Assembly: GCF_963921235.1 (NCBI RefSeq)
Contig: NC_086097.1
Location: forward strand, 205,098,001 to 205,162,000
Length of the DNA stretch: 64,000 nt
Direction of reading: 5' to 3'
From: Mobula hypostoma
Taxonomy: Eukaryota
The notes beneath the pieces were generated by a model that saw nothing but the letters and a program-made list of their open reading frames with translations, was not told the origin of the DNA and ran no database searches. Positions 51,500 through 64,000 of the stretch are shown here, one piece after another (position 1 is the stretch's first letter; every line of letters starts with the position of its first letter). Both the position numbers and the translations under genes were made by a program.

Positions 51500-54170
51500 T
51501 AGAAACATAGAAAACCTACAGCACAATACAGGCCCTTCAGCCCACAAAGCTGTACTGAACTTGTCCTTACCTTAGAAATTACCCTCTAATTTTCTAAGTT
51601 CCATGTACCTATTATCCAAAAGTCTCTTAAAAGACCCTATCGTTTTCACCTCCACCACCGTCTCCTGCAGCAGATTTCACGCACTCACCATTCTCTGCTT
51701 AAAAATACTTACCCCTGACATCTCCACTGTAATTAAAATTGTGTCCTTAAAATTGTGTCCTCTCATGCTAGCCATCTCAGCCTTGAGAAAAATCCTCTGA
51801 CTATCTACACGATCAATGACTCTCATCACATCCTCTATCGCTCCAAGGAGAGAAGGCTGAGTTCACTCAACCTATTCTCATAAGGCATGCTCCCCAATCC
51901 AGGCAACATCTTTGTAAATATCCTTTGCACCCTTTCTATGGTTTCCACGTCCTTCCTGTAGTGAGGCAACCAGAACTGAGCACAGTACTCCAAGTGGGGT
52001 CTGACCAGCGTCCTATATCGGTGCAACATTACCTCTCAGCTCTTAAACTCAATCCCAAGATTGATAAAGGCCAATGCAGCGTATGCCTTCTTAACAACAG
52101 AGTCAACCTGCGTAGCAGCTTTGAGTGTCTTATGGACTCGGACCCCAAGATCCCTCTGATCCTCCACACTGCCAAGAGTCTTACCATTAATACTATATTC
52201 TGCCATCGTATTTGACATACCAAAATGAACCATCTCACACTTGTCTGGGTTGAACTCCATCTGGCACTTCTCAGCCCAGTTTTGCATCCCATTGATGTCC
52301 CACTGTAATCTCTGATAGCCCTCCACACTATCCACAACAACCCCCAACCTTTGTGTCATCAGCAGATTTACTAACCCATCTCTACACTTCCTCATCCAAG
52401 TCATTTATAAAAATCATGAAGAGTAGGGGTCCCAGAACAGATCCCTGAGGCACACCACTGCTCACTGACCTCCACGCAGAATATGACCCATCTAAAACCA
52501 CCTTGCCGTCTGTGGGAAGCCAATTCTGGATCCAAAGCAATGTCCTTTTGGATCCCATTCCTCCTTACTTTCTCAATAAGCCTTGCATGGGTACCTTATC
52601 AAATGCCTTGCTGAAATCCATATACACTATATCTACTACTCTACTTCATCAATGTGTTTAGTCACATCCTCAAAAAATTCTATCAGGCTCATAAGGCACA
52701 ACCTGCCTTTCACAAAGCCATGCTGACTATTCTTAACCATATTATGCCTCTCCAGATGTTCATAAATCCTGCCTCTCAGGATCTTCTCCATCAACTTACT
52801 GACTACTAAAGTAAGACTCACTGGTCTATAATATCCTGGGCTATCTCTACTCCCTTTCTTGAATAATAGAACAACATCTGCAACCCTCCAATCCTCTGGA
52901 ACCTCTCCTGTCCCCATTCATGATTTAAAGATCATCGCCAGAGGCTCAGAAATCTCCTCCCTTGCCTCCCACAGTAGCCTGGAGTATATCTCGTCCAGTC
53001 ATGGTGACTTACCCAACTTGATGCTTTCCAAAAGCTCCAGCACATCCTCTTTCTTAATATCTACATGCTCAAGCTTTTCAGTCTGCTGTAAGTCATCCCG
53101 ACAATCACCAAGATCCTTTCTGTAGTGAATACTGAAGCAAAGTATTCATTAAATACCTCTGCTATCTCCTCCGGTTCCATACACACTTTCCCACTGTCAC
53201 ACTTGATTGGTCCTATTCTCTCGTGCCTTATCCTCTTACTCTTCACATACTTGTAGAATGCCTTGGGGTTTTTCCTTAATGCTGTCTGCCAAGGCCTTCT
53301 CATGGCCCCTTCTGGCTCTCCTAATTTCATTCTTCAGCTCCTTCCTGTTAGCCTTACAATCTTCAAGGTTCCTATCATTACCTAGTTTTTTGAACCTTTT
53401 GTAAGCTCTTCTTTCCTTCTTGACTAGATTTACAACTGCCTTTGTACACCACGGTTCCTGTACCCTCTCATCCTTTCCCTGTCTCATTGGAACATACCTA
53501 TGCGGAACTCCACGCAAATATCCCCTGAACATTTGCCACATTTCTTCCATACGTTTCCCTGAGAACATCTGTTGCAATTTTATGTTTCCAAGTTTCTGTA
53601 TGATAGCCTCATATTTCCCTTTCTTCCAATTAAATGCTTTCCTAACTTTTCTGTTCCTATCCCTGCCCAATGCTATGGTAAAGGAGATAGAATTGTGATC
53701 ACTATCTCCAGATTGCTCTCCCACTGAGAGACCTAACACCTGACCAGATTCATTTCCCAATGACAAATCAAGCACAGCCTCTCCTCTTGCAGACTTATCT
53801 ACATATTGTTTCAGAAAACCTTCCTGAACACACCTAACAAACTCCTCCCATCTAAACCCCTTGCTCTAGTGAGATGCCAATCAATATTTGGGAAATTAAA
53901 ATCTCCCACCACAGATTTCCAGAACCTGTCTCCTTATCTGCTCCTCGATGTCCCTGTTACTATTGGGTGGTCTATAAAAAACACCAACTAGAGTTATTGA
54001 CCCCCTCCTGTTCCTAACTTCCACCCACAGAGACTCCATAGACAATCCCTCCATGACTTTCTCCTTTTCTGCAGCCGTGACACTATATTTGATCAACAGT
54101 GTCGCTCCCTGCCCCCCAACCTCTTTTGCCTTCCTCCCTGTCCTTTCTGAAATATCAAAAGCTCGGCACT
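51500..54170 (-). mobile_element. CR1 LINE, most of ORF2 (APE plus RT), frameshifted
   Basis: Colinear ORFs 53896..54096, 53236..53775, 52636..52917, 52036..52404 and 51835..52029; tail tagaaacatagaaa. Confidence 0.93.
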
Positions 54171-54209
54171 TGTATGAATTTGTCTAGGTCGCACGTTTCA
54201 TTTGAATGA

Positions 54210-55420
54210 AAAGTTGACGAGGGTAAAGCGGTGGATGTTGTCTATATGGACTTCAGTAAGGCCTTTGACAAGGTTCCACACGGAAGGTTAGTTAAGAAGG
54301 CTCAATCATTAGGTATTAATATTGAAGTAGAAAAATGGATTCAGCAGTGGCTGGATGAGAGATGCCAGAGAGTAGTGGTGGATAACTGTTTGTCAGAATG
54401 GAGGTCAGTGACTAGTGGTGTGCCTCAGGGATCTGTACTGGGTCCAATGTTGTTTGTCATATACATTAATGATCTGGATGATGGGATGGTAAATTGGATG
54501 AGTAAGTATGCAGATGATACTAAGATAGGTGGCGTTGTGGATAATGAAGTAGGTTTTCAAAGCTTGCAGAGGGATTTAGGCCAGTTAGAATATTGGGCTG
54601 AAAGATGGCAGATGGAGTTTAATGCTGATAAATGTGAGGTGCTACATTTTGATAGGACTAATCAAAATAGGACATACATGGTAAATGGTAGGGCATTGAA
54701 GAATGCAGTAGAACAGAGGGATCTAGGAATAATGGTGCATTGTCCCCTGAAGGTGGAATCTCATGTGGATAGGGTGGTGAAGAAAACTTTTGGTATGCTG
54801 GCCTTTATAAATCAGAGCATTGAGTATAGGAGTTGGGATGTAATGTTGAAATTGTACAAGGCATTGGTGAGGCCAAATTTGGAGTATTGTGTACAGTTTT
54901 GTTCACCGAATTATAGGAAAGATGTCAACAAAATAAAGAGAGTACAGAGAAGATTTACTAGAATATTACCTGAGTTTCATCACCTAAGTTACAGAGAAAG
55001 TTTGAAAAAGTTGGGCCTTTATTCTTTGGAAAGTAGAAGGTTGAGGGGGGACTTGATAGAGGTATTTAAAATTATGAGAGGAATAGATAGAGTTGACGTG
55101 GATAGGCTTTTTCCACTGCGAGTGGGGGAGATTCAAACGAGGACATGAGTTGAGAGTTAAAGGGCAAAAGTTTAGGGGTAACATGAGGGGGAACTTCTTT
55201 ACTCAGAGAGTGGTAGCTGTGTGGAACGAGCTTCCAGCAGAAGTGGTTGAGGCAGGTTCGATGTTGTCATTTAAAGTTAAATTGGATAGATATATAGACA
55301 GGAAAGGAATGGAGAGTAATGGGCTGAGTGCAGGTTGGTGGGACTAGGTGAGGGTAAGAGTTCGGCATGGACTAAAAGAGCCGAGATGGCCTGTTTCCGT
55401 GCTGTAATTGTTATATGGTT
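54210..55420 (+). mobile_element. 5'-truncated CR1 (RT plus 3' UTR)
   Basis: ORF 54231..55148, 305 aa ([24 protein letters not shown]), with one frameshift near the end. Confidence 0.95.
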
Positions 55421-55473
55421 AAGTGGAACCTAGGTATTTGATAGGAAATGCAAATGAAGTATTGACCTTTATC

Positions 55474-55860
55474 CAGATTCAGGTTCATTTATTTATCACG
55501 GAGTGAAATGTGTTGTTTACGTTAACAATTAACAAACCAGAAAATGTGCTGGGTCAGTCCACAAGTATCGCCACACACTTTGGCACCAACAAAGCATGCC
55601 TACAATACTCAGCAAAACAACACAGAACACAACAACCAACAAAACAACTACAGCAAAACAAGCTCCATTTTTCCCTCCCACCCACTCACCTATACACATA
55701 CCTGTAGACAGTCCTCCAACCCCAGTACACGCTGTCTTCAGCCTCCAGTGGACTCATGGACGATGGGCTTCGACTTCCCCAGTGAACTTGCAGAGACTTG
55801 CAGACCAAGGTTTCTGCAGACTTTTTAACTTTTGATTGACGTTTATGATTTGATCTTTGC
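55474..55860 (-). mobile_element. Non-autonomous Rex1-like 3' fragment
   Basis: Tail cagattcaggttcatttatttatc; AC-rich body. Confidence 0.55.
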
Positions 55861-55864
55861 TACC

Positions 55865-57781
55865 TGCCCCAAGACATATAATAGAGTAAAAATTAATGGG
55901 AAGTTAGAGGATTGCAGAGCTTTTAAATACCAACTGAAGACAATTAAACAGTCATTAAGAAGGTAAAGATGGAATATGAAAGTAAGCTAGCCAATAATGT
56001 TAAAGAGGATACCAAAAGTTTCTTCAGATGCATGAAGTGTAAAAGAGAAGTGAGATGGATATCAGATTGCTGGAAAACCATGCTGGAGATGTAGTAATGG
56101 GATCAACAAAATGACAGATGTACTGAAGAAGTATTTTGCATCGGTCACTGTGGAAGACATTAGCAATATGATGGAAGTTCCTGGTGTCAGGGGTCATCAA
56201 GTGTGTGAGGTTACCATAAATAGAGAGAAGATTCTTGTGAAACTGAAAGGTCTGAAGGTAGATAAGTCACCAGGTTCAGATGGTGTGCACCCCAGGGTTC
56301 TGAAAGAGGTGGCTGAAGAGATTGTAGAGGCATTAGTAATGATCTTTCAAGTATCACTAGATTCTGGAATGGTTCTGGAATACTGGAAAATTTCAAATGT
56401 CACTCCACTCTTCAAGAAGGGAGAGAAGCAGAAGAAAGGAAATTATAGATCCATTATTCTGACCTCAGTCATTGGGAAGATGTTGACGTCAATTGTTAAG
56501 GATGTGGTTTTGGGGTACTTGAACCCAAGTGAATAAATAGAGCATTGTCAGCATGGTTTCTTCAAGGGAAAATCTTGCCTGACAAGTCTGTTGGAATTCT
56601 TTGAGGAAATAACAAGCAGGATAGACAAAGGAGAATGGGTAGATGTTGCGTACTTGGATTTTCAGAAGGCCTTTGACAAGGTGCCACACGTGAGGCTGCT
56701 TAACAAGCTACAAGCCCATGGTATTACAGGAAAGATTCTAGCATGGATAAGGCAGTGGCTAATTGGAAAGAAGCAAAGAGTGGGAATAAATGGAGCCTTT
56801 TCTGACTGGCTGCTGGTGACTAGTGGTGTTCGCAGGGGTCTGTTTTTATATTTTATGTCAATGATTCGGACAATGGAATTGATGGCTTTGTAGCAATGTG
56901 TGAATAGGATATGAAGATAGCTGGAGGGGCAGGTAGTTTTGAGGAAATAGAGAGGCTACAGAAGGACTTAGACAGATTAACATAATGGGCAAAGAAATGG
57001 CAGATGGAATACAGTGTCACGAAGTGTATGATCCTGCACTTTGGGAGAAGAAATTAAAGGGTTACTATTCTCTAAATGGAGAGAAAATACTGAAATCTGA
57101 CAAACAAAGGGATTTGGAAGTCCTTGTGCAGCATTCCCTAAAGGTTAATTTGCAGGTTGTATCTGTGGTGAGGAAGGCAACTGCAATGTTAGCATTCATT
57201 TCAAGAAGGGTAGAATATAAAAGCAAGGATGTAATGTTGACACTTTATAAAGCAGTGGTGAAGCCTGTTTTGGGTCCCTTATCTTAGAATGGATGTGCTG
57301 AAACTGAACAGGGTTCAAAGGAGGTTCACAAAAATGATTCCAGGATTAAGCGGCTTGTCGTATGAAGAGAATTTGATGGCTCTGAGCCTGTATTCACTGG
57401 AATTCAGATGAACGAGTGGTGACCTAATTGAAACCTATCAAAAGTGAAGAAGTGGCTGTGAAGAAGGACTTATGGTGAGAGAGTCTAAGACCAAAGGACA
57501 CAGCCTCAGAATGGAGGGGTGTCCTTTTAGGAGGAATTTCTTTAGCCAGAGAGTAGTGAATCTGTAGAATTCATTGCCACAGGCAGCTGTGGAGGGCAAA
57601 TTTTTATGTATATTTAAGGCAAAAGTTGATAGATTCTTGATTGGTCAGGACATGAAGGGATACAGAAGGAAGGCAGGAAGGGGGCTGCTCAGAGGTAAAA
57701 TGGATCACCATTATGAAATGGCGGAGCAAACTCGATGGAGCATGTGGCCTAATTCTGGTCTTATATCTTATGGACTTATGG
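55865..57781 (+). mobile_element. Degraded CR1 ORF2 plus 3' UTR
   Basis: ORFs 56111..56536 (KSPGSDGVHPRVLKE), 56591..56893 and 56985..57287; (cttatgga)n tail. Confidence 0.92.
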
Positions 57782-59199
57782 ATTTGCTTATGACAATGAC
57801 TTAGAACCCCAGATGAGGACACCAAACACTAAGCCTCAAACTTCAGTCTCGTCGACTTGCATAATTGAGCGGGGGGGGGCATTTCTCATGTCTTCTGCAT
57901 GCACAGAATGACCAACACTGATGACTCGCTGCCCCGGGGAAGCCACCAAACTTCACCTTCACTGGTCTGCCGGCCTAACATCGGACCACATTCATCCCAT
58001 GTCCATTTTGCTGGCTTTAGATGTGGAGCGAAGGACTAGACACCACCCGGACTTCTAATTCCCCATATCCCTGTCGTTATACACTAACCTGATCCTAATG
58101 CCACTCTCTGTATTCAAAACCATCTGTCCAAAACTCAAAAAAACAACTATCCATGATAAGTACATCCCTTATATCTTTTACTAATCTTGTCCAAATCAAT
58201 TTCATAATGGACTTTGAGATATGATATAAATTACTTTTATTATAACTGTCCAGGATCTTATTTAATATTGGACCAAAGCTGGAAGATCTATCACTACCCA
58301 TTACATGATCTGCAGTTTCACTGACTTCAGCTGTTTGCGGTATTGATCAGGCATAGGAATGCTCTAGAATCCACTCCAACTTAAATTCTTAGATGTGTTG
58401 GGATATAGTCTTTAATTGGCAGTGAAGGGACCAGCATTTGTATATTTCATTCAACTTTGTGTGCTTGCCATAAAAAAATCATAAGCCTTAAATCACAATG
58501 CAGTGAAGCAATTTGCATACAGGAAAATAGTTGTTTTCTTTTTTATATTCCTTATAACTGAGAAATCCAAGTCAATATGAAACTACTGCAGTGGCTTGTG
58601 CGATTAAGCTGAGCACTCAGCCTACTTACAAACACAGGTGGCGTCTTCACCCTCCATTACAAATTTTAGAAAGTTTTCACTAGGAAAATTTTAACCCGAC
58701 TGAAGGCAGCACCATTGAACTGCTATTGAAGCTGAAATGCTGCCCAAGCTATCAATTTAATATTTAGGAGGGATCATTAGGAAGCATTATAACAAAAGGA
58801 AGCTGAAGATTGAAAAATGTTTCATTTCTAGATGTATAAGAATTGACAGCAATAAAATACAAATTATTAATAAGCACTTGTCAAGAACTGTTATTCTGTA
58901 TTTGCAAACAGACCAGCCAAATGTTAAGAATTTGATTACTGTTATAGAAAGGTGATTTAATGTATTTGAATTCTCTGTAAGGCCAATATTTCACTTGGGA
59001 TATGAGCAAAGGAATAACACATCCAAAATGGAAAGTCAAAGACGATTAGCTTATTTGTTGGCAAGGAGCAGGCCCATCATACATTTTCTAAGCCACAGAA
59101 TGGAAAGGATGATGGGGAAGAAATTGTTGGTAAACATTTTCCTAATGGAAAAAATAATAACTTGTTGTAACTAGCTGAAACATATTGCTAATTTCAATC

Positions 59200-60200
59200 C
59201 ATTCAATTCAAGTTTAATTGTCATTCAGCTATACATGAATACCTATGAACACAGCCAAATGATTCAGCGTTACTCTGGGGCCAGGGTGTAAAACACAGTA
59301 CCAATAGTCACTCACAGCACAAAGTACACATAGCACATACAAGATACCAAACACATGTACGATATCAATAAAATACAGCCACACAAAAAAAAGTCCAGAT
59401 GCTGAGTTCATGAATGCCACAGATCTGTAGATGACCACAATACAGTTTATCTTCTGCTAAGTGAACACTGAGGGATAGCAGTGACTCCAGCCGAGACACG
59501 CACCACACTGCCCCCGGTGGAGTGCACCGGCTATGACACCTCTCTCCTGGTGGCTGTAATTAGCAACATCCTGTGGCTTGAGGCCCCGAGTTCATGAATA
59601 CTGCAGAAATTTCCAGTCATCTGCAATACAACTTGACTTGTGCCAAGTGAATACTGGCGGTGACGGGGCGGGGGGGGGGGGGGCGCTGCATCGACTGCAG
59701 CCTGGACACCACGCCAGACAGCCCCTGGTAAAGTACACTGGCTTCAATTCCTCTCTCCTGGCAGCTATAAACAGGCGACACCACAGCTTGAGGCCAAGTC
59801 CTTGCTACGACCGAGGCCATGCAGCTCCCCTGGCATCTGCCCCTGCTGTCCACCAATAAATCAGTGAATCGGACTTGCAGCATTCCACAGTAACCATGTC
59901 CAAAAGGATCTTGCAATGCGACTAAGATGGTCAGTCACTATTAGACTGCACACCTCCTTTGTGCACCAACCTCTCCGAAGCCTCTCTGATGTAAACAGCA
60001 GCATAACCTGCACCGTCCAGCTCCTTCAATTTCTCCACCAACAATCAACTCCGTGATGGCGTAGACCTACAGCACTTTGAGGTCTTAATGTCCAGCAGGG
60101 TCTGGCGATGATAAGAAACACATTTTAAAAGGACAGTAGCACCCTTTGTTGACCCTGTAGAAATTTGTAAGAGAATTGCTGACAAGGTCCACTTTGTAGT
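59200..60200 (-). mobile_element. Non-autonomous Rex1-like element (about 1 kb)
   Basis: Tail ttcaattcaagtttaatt; 3' UTR resembles 20150-20240 and the reverse complement of 40460-40565. Confidence 0.6.
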
Positions 60201-61275
60201 TCTGACCTCTGTATCAGTGCATTTCTGAAGCATCTAAATCCCATCCCTACTTTTCTGTTGGTCTCAACACTGAGTCTGGGCTGTTGGTCAAGTGAGTTGA
60301 GCTCAGGAATCTGATGGAAATCGCATATGACCATCAACTTAATGCCAACCATGTTTAAATCAGATTAATATATATTGAAATATATTTATTACTTTATTTT
60401 CTAGACCTTATTTCTAAAAATATTTAAATACTTAATAGCTCTGACTATTAGAGACAGAAAGATTGGGAAGGTATTTGACAGGAGCAAGTTGTCAAATTAC
60501 CACTCAGGCAATCTGGTGTTGGGGGCTGATCACCATGAGTATATTGGACAATATTGTGGGAAGAATATAACTGTAAAGATTTGAACTCAATTTGACTTTC
60601 AGACCAGAAGAGGTTAGTATAAGTATTAGAATGATAAAGAATAAGATATAGGCTGGGTCAAGTACGAACCGTGCTCTCAAAGCATGGATAAAATTTCTTG
60701 ATACATTGCCAAAATCTGCTTCTCCACTTTGAGCAGTGGAGCTTCCCAGAGACAGCAGGGATATTGTGTTTCTTCAAGGAAATTTGAAGCATAGATTTGG
60801 AGAAAGTTATGATGAAGAAAATGTCTATTTCTGTTTTGCAAAAGTACATGGAGTCTTCTCTCATTGAGTTTGCAGGAAGTAACAGGTCACAGTGAGTACA
60901 AAGAATACAGGCTGCTTGATGAACCCTTAAGAAGGATGGTTTTATGTCAAACTTGGCTGTTCTGTAGGTAAATAACAACCGCTATTTTCAAACTAATGAG
61001 GTGAAAAATCTTGCTGTAGAGTATTTTGATGCTTCACACTAATGTTGCCATGAATTATTGAAGTTGTACGTGAGTCTTCTGATGGTAAATCAAGAGTTAA
61101 CTTTTCTAATGGACACTCAGAGATATGGAAATAAGTACAATTTTGTCCCGCTGTGGCTTGAGCTTATTTTCGTCTGCACTGCTGTGCAAAGATGTTCTGA
61201 GCCATGCTGTTCCTCACCAGCCTATAAAGCTAAATTATCCAAACATTTAAGCCTCTAAAACATTTCTTTCCTCAG

Positions 61276-61347
61276 GTGACTACATGGGATTGGACAAAAG
61301 CTGTGAGGAGTTACACAGTTTATGAAATAATGTGCAAAATCCTTAAG
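61276..61347 (+). CDS. SNTG1: SNTG1 coding exon (PH domain), 72 nt, phase 0/0
   Basis: tttctttcctcag|GTG...AAG|gtatga. Translates VTTWDWTKAVRSYTVYEIMCKILK. Confidence 0.96.
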
Positions 61348-61599
61348 GTATGAATGAGCAAGTGGATTCTATTAGTGTCTGCAGAACTACACTGAAATGT
61401 TTTGTTTGGACTACAACCAACCATTTTTCTGAACCCTACAGATAAGAAAGGTGTAAGTTTCACTATGTTGTCATTGAGGAAATGCCGTGGTTCTTTGAAG
61501 CTTTTCCAGTTTATTTGATAAGCTAAAATATTTCAAAAGATATATTGATTATTCAGTGTTACTTTCTGAGCTATTTACGTTAGGAATATTATTTGGTAA

Positions 61600-62018
61600 G
61601 ATGGCTTATTATTGTCGCATGTACAGTGAAAAAATACGCCATCCATAAACATCATTTGATTACAACAGTGCATTGAGGTAAAAGCAATAACAGAATGCAA
61701 AATAAAGTGTTATGGTTACAGAGGAAGTGCAGTGCTGGCAGACAATAAGGTGCAAAGCCTCCGCAAGGTAGACTGTGAGGTTCAGAGTCCTCCTTATTGC
61801 AGTAGGGTGACTATTTAACTGTCGTATAAGAATACGATGGAAACTGTCCTCGCACCTGGTGATGCATGCTTTCAGGCCGATGGGAGGTGAGGTGAAAAGG
61901 ACATGTTCAGGGCAGATTGGGTCTTTGACTATGTGGGCTGCTTAACCAAGGCAGCAAGATATGTAGACAGGGTCCATGAAGGGAGGTGGGTTTCCGTGAT
62001 GTACCGAGCTGTGTCCAC
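61600..62018 (-). mobile_element. Rex1-like 3' fragment interrupted by the LTR element
   Basis: Similar to 34225-34460 (ttattattgtc...acaacagtgcattga). Confidence 0.65.
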
Positions 62019-64000
62019 TGTAGGGTAATGTAATGGGTGACAGATGACACATGCTGTGCATAATAGAAATTGTTCTACATAATTCACAAACTGTCATTGA
62101 GCTGTGTTCACTTTAAGCAATGACGTCAGTGTATGGCAACTGCTTTTGGCTTGTTCACAATGGAAGGGCTGTGGCTTTTGTTAAGCACATAAAACGACTC
62201 CTGCATCTTTTATTCACAAAATCCTGCACTGGTGACCCTGATACTCTCAGACAATTCCAGAGTTACTCAACAACATGTCGACCAATGCAGTCACTTTGAT
62301 GCCGCTGCAGGTTTGGGAGCAGGTGTGTGGTCGGCACAGGTGAAAGCCCAGTTCATGCTGTGAGAAATCACCACAGACAATACCTAATTTTACTACATAA
62401 TAGCATCATTGTTCCACTGCAGCTAGAGTTGTGAGTCTATTAGAAGTCTTGACCGCAGATGCTCAATATGAGTGCATTAAACAGTTGCTCTCCTTGGCCA
62501 AGCTGAATGATGCAAGGCCTTCAGAAGTGAAGGACTGCATTCTATCTCTCCTGGGCAATCAGCATCCTTGTTTTATTCTTAAAGAACTCTCTATGCTACA
62601 AATGCCTGATCAAGTTCACACAGCCCTCACTAATACACCCATATAGGGAGCTTGCTAAAATGGTCAATAGTCTACACTCAGCCAGGCAGAAGGGTACCGT
62701 TCCTCCAGCTTTCCATGTCTCAGTAATCCCATCAGCAGAGCCTCCAGCAGGCTCACGGCCACCACTCCGAAGCAGACCACAGTGGGTCTATGCTTTCACT
62801 CAGCACGAACACCAAGAAGTGCTGACCACCATGCAGCTTTGACAGTGCCATCAGGTTGGGACATTGGAGGTTTGTGAATACCATGAGTTCCAGCTGCCAT
62901 GGTCGTCTATTGTTCATTACAGACACCATTTTGGGGTGACACTTTCTGTATGATACAGGCTCTCAAGTGAGTGTGCTGCCAGCAAAGAGCAAAAAACCCT
63001 CTCTGGAGGCTGCCGACCGTAGCAGGATCTGAACTGATGGGACACGACACATACGTCTTACTTCAGTGGATAACGCTACACATGGTGCTTGGTTTGGCTA
63101 AAGTTGCTGGACCTCTGCTTGGTGCAGATTGCCTGTGCACCAAAGGTCTGTTGAGTAGATCTTCAGAACTGCCGACTTGAGGACGCAAAGGACTTTGCTG
63201 CCCCCAGTAAATTGCCCACGACAACTCTGTATAGCAGATGCACCACCAGATGTGGATTCACTCCCCTGCTGGGTGAATTCCCAAACCTCACCAAGCCCAC
63301 GTATTCCACTACAGTCACAAAGATAGGGTCAAGCACCACATTTCCACAACTGGCTCACCAGTCTATGCCCATGTGCATGGATTGGACACAGAAAAGTTGG
63401 CAGCGCAAAAGTTGAGTTTGCTAACATGGGAATGCTTGGCATTGTATGCAGGTCAAATAGCCCTTGGGTTTCACCCCTCCACCTGATCCATAAGACCGAT
63501 AGTGGTTGCTGTCCATGCACGATTACACCTTAACAACGCCATCACTCCTGATCCCACATATTCAAGACTTTTCAGCATGTTTATCCAGAAATATATATTT
63601 TTTCTAAAGTGTACTTAGTCAGAGGCTACCATCGGGTGCCTGTATGCTCAGAATTGCTACTCTAACCACTTTTGGCTTATTTGGATTTCTGTACATGCTG
63701 TTTGGGCTGAAAAATGCAGCACAGACTTTCCAGAGGCTAATGGACTCTGCGTTAAAAGATTTTCTTTCTGTTTACCTGAACGACATACTTGTCACCATTG
63801 CATCCAAAGCCAAACGCTTCTCACATCTCTACATGCTTTTCAATTGCTTAAGTTAATATGTGCTGATTATTAACCCTGCTAAATGCCAGTTCAGATTGCG
63901 TACTGTTGACTTAGTGGCCAACACATCTCCACAGAAGTGATCAGTCCCCCTTGTTGTCACTATTATGAACTTTCCACTGCCCTGCACTACCAAAACACTA
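62019..64000 (+). mobile_element. Ty3/Gypsy LTR retrotransposon (CsRn1-like), degraded, runs off the window
   Basis: 5' LTR tg...ca at 62019-62228. Primer-binding site (PBS) tggtgaccc at 62230, tRNA-Trp-like. Gag remnant NAVTL...AQF...FYYIIASL. Protease FLYDTGSQVSVLP (62943-62981). RT TTFGLFGFLYMLFGLKNAAQTFQRLMD...YLND. Confidence 0.9.

Noticed and set aside
60658..61258. ORFs 60658..60978, 61058..61258 and 31426..31611 as nested genes
   Set aside because: They are short, show no recognisable homology and have no supporting exon structure.
61271..61281. AG|GT junctions at exon starts (19478, 26445, 61276) as recursive splice sites
   Set aside because: The GT is explained by conserved Val or Cys codons, and the downstream bases match the donor consensus only weakly.

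Overview
AT-rich vertebrate genomic DNA, most likely a cartilaginous fish (ray or shark), judged from the dense CR1/HER1-like LINEs, an HE1-like V-SINE and Penelope-derived repeats. The window lies inside one plus-strand gene, gamma-1-syntrophin (SNTG1). Seven internal coding exons (19478-61347) splice in frame with GT-AG boundaries and encode the end of the PDZ domain through the PH region; the start and end of the gene lie outside the window. The introns hold mostly degraded and often nested transposable elements: many CR1 LINEs, Rex1/Babar-like LINEs and their non-autonomous derivatives, a near full-length RTE, an L1-clade 3' end with a perfect 19-bp target-site duplication (TSD), a Buster-type hAT derivative, Tc1-like micro-MITEs and a CsRn1-like Ty3/Gypsy element. 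Nearly all ORFs in the supplied track are TE fragments or noise. I see no convincing new protein-coding system. The most interesting signals are short Penelope-derived elements carrying a minimal hammerhead ribozyme motif, a CR1 inserted in frame at the homologous RT motif of another CR1, and a hAT derivative carrying LINE tails. Exon and TSD coordinates were counted base by base; most TE edges are approximate and family names rest on motif recognition, not a database search.
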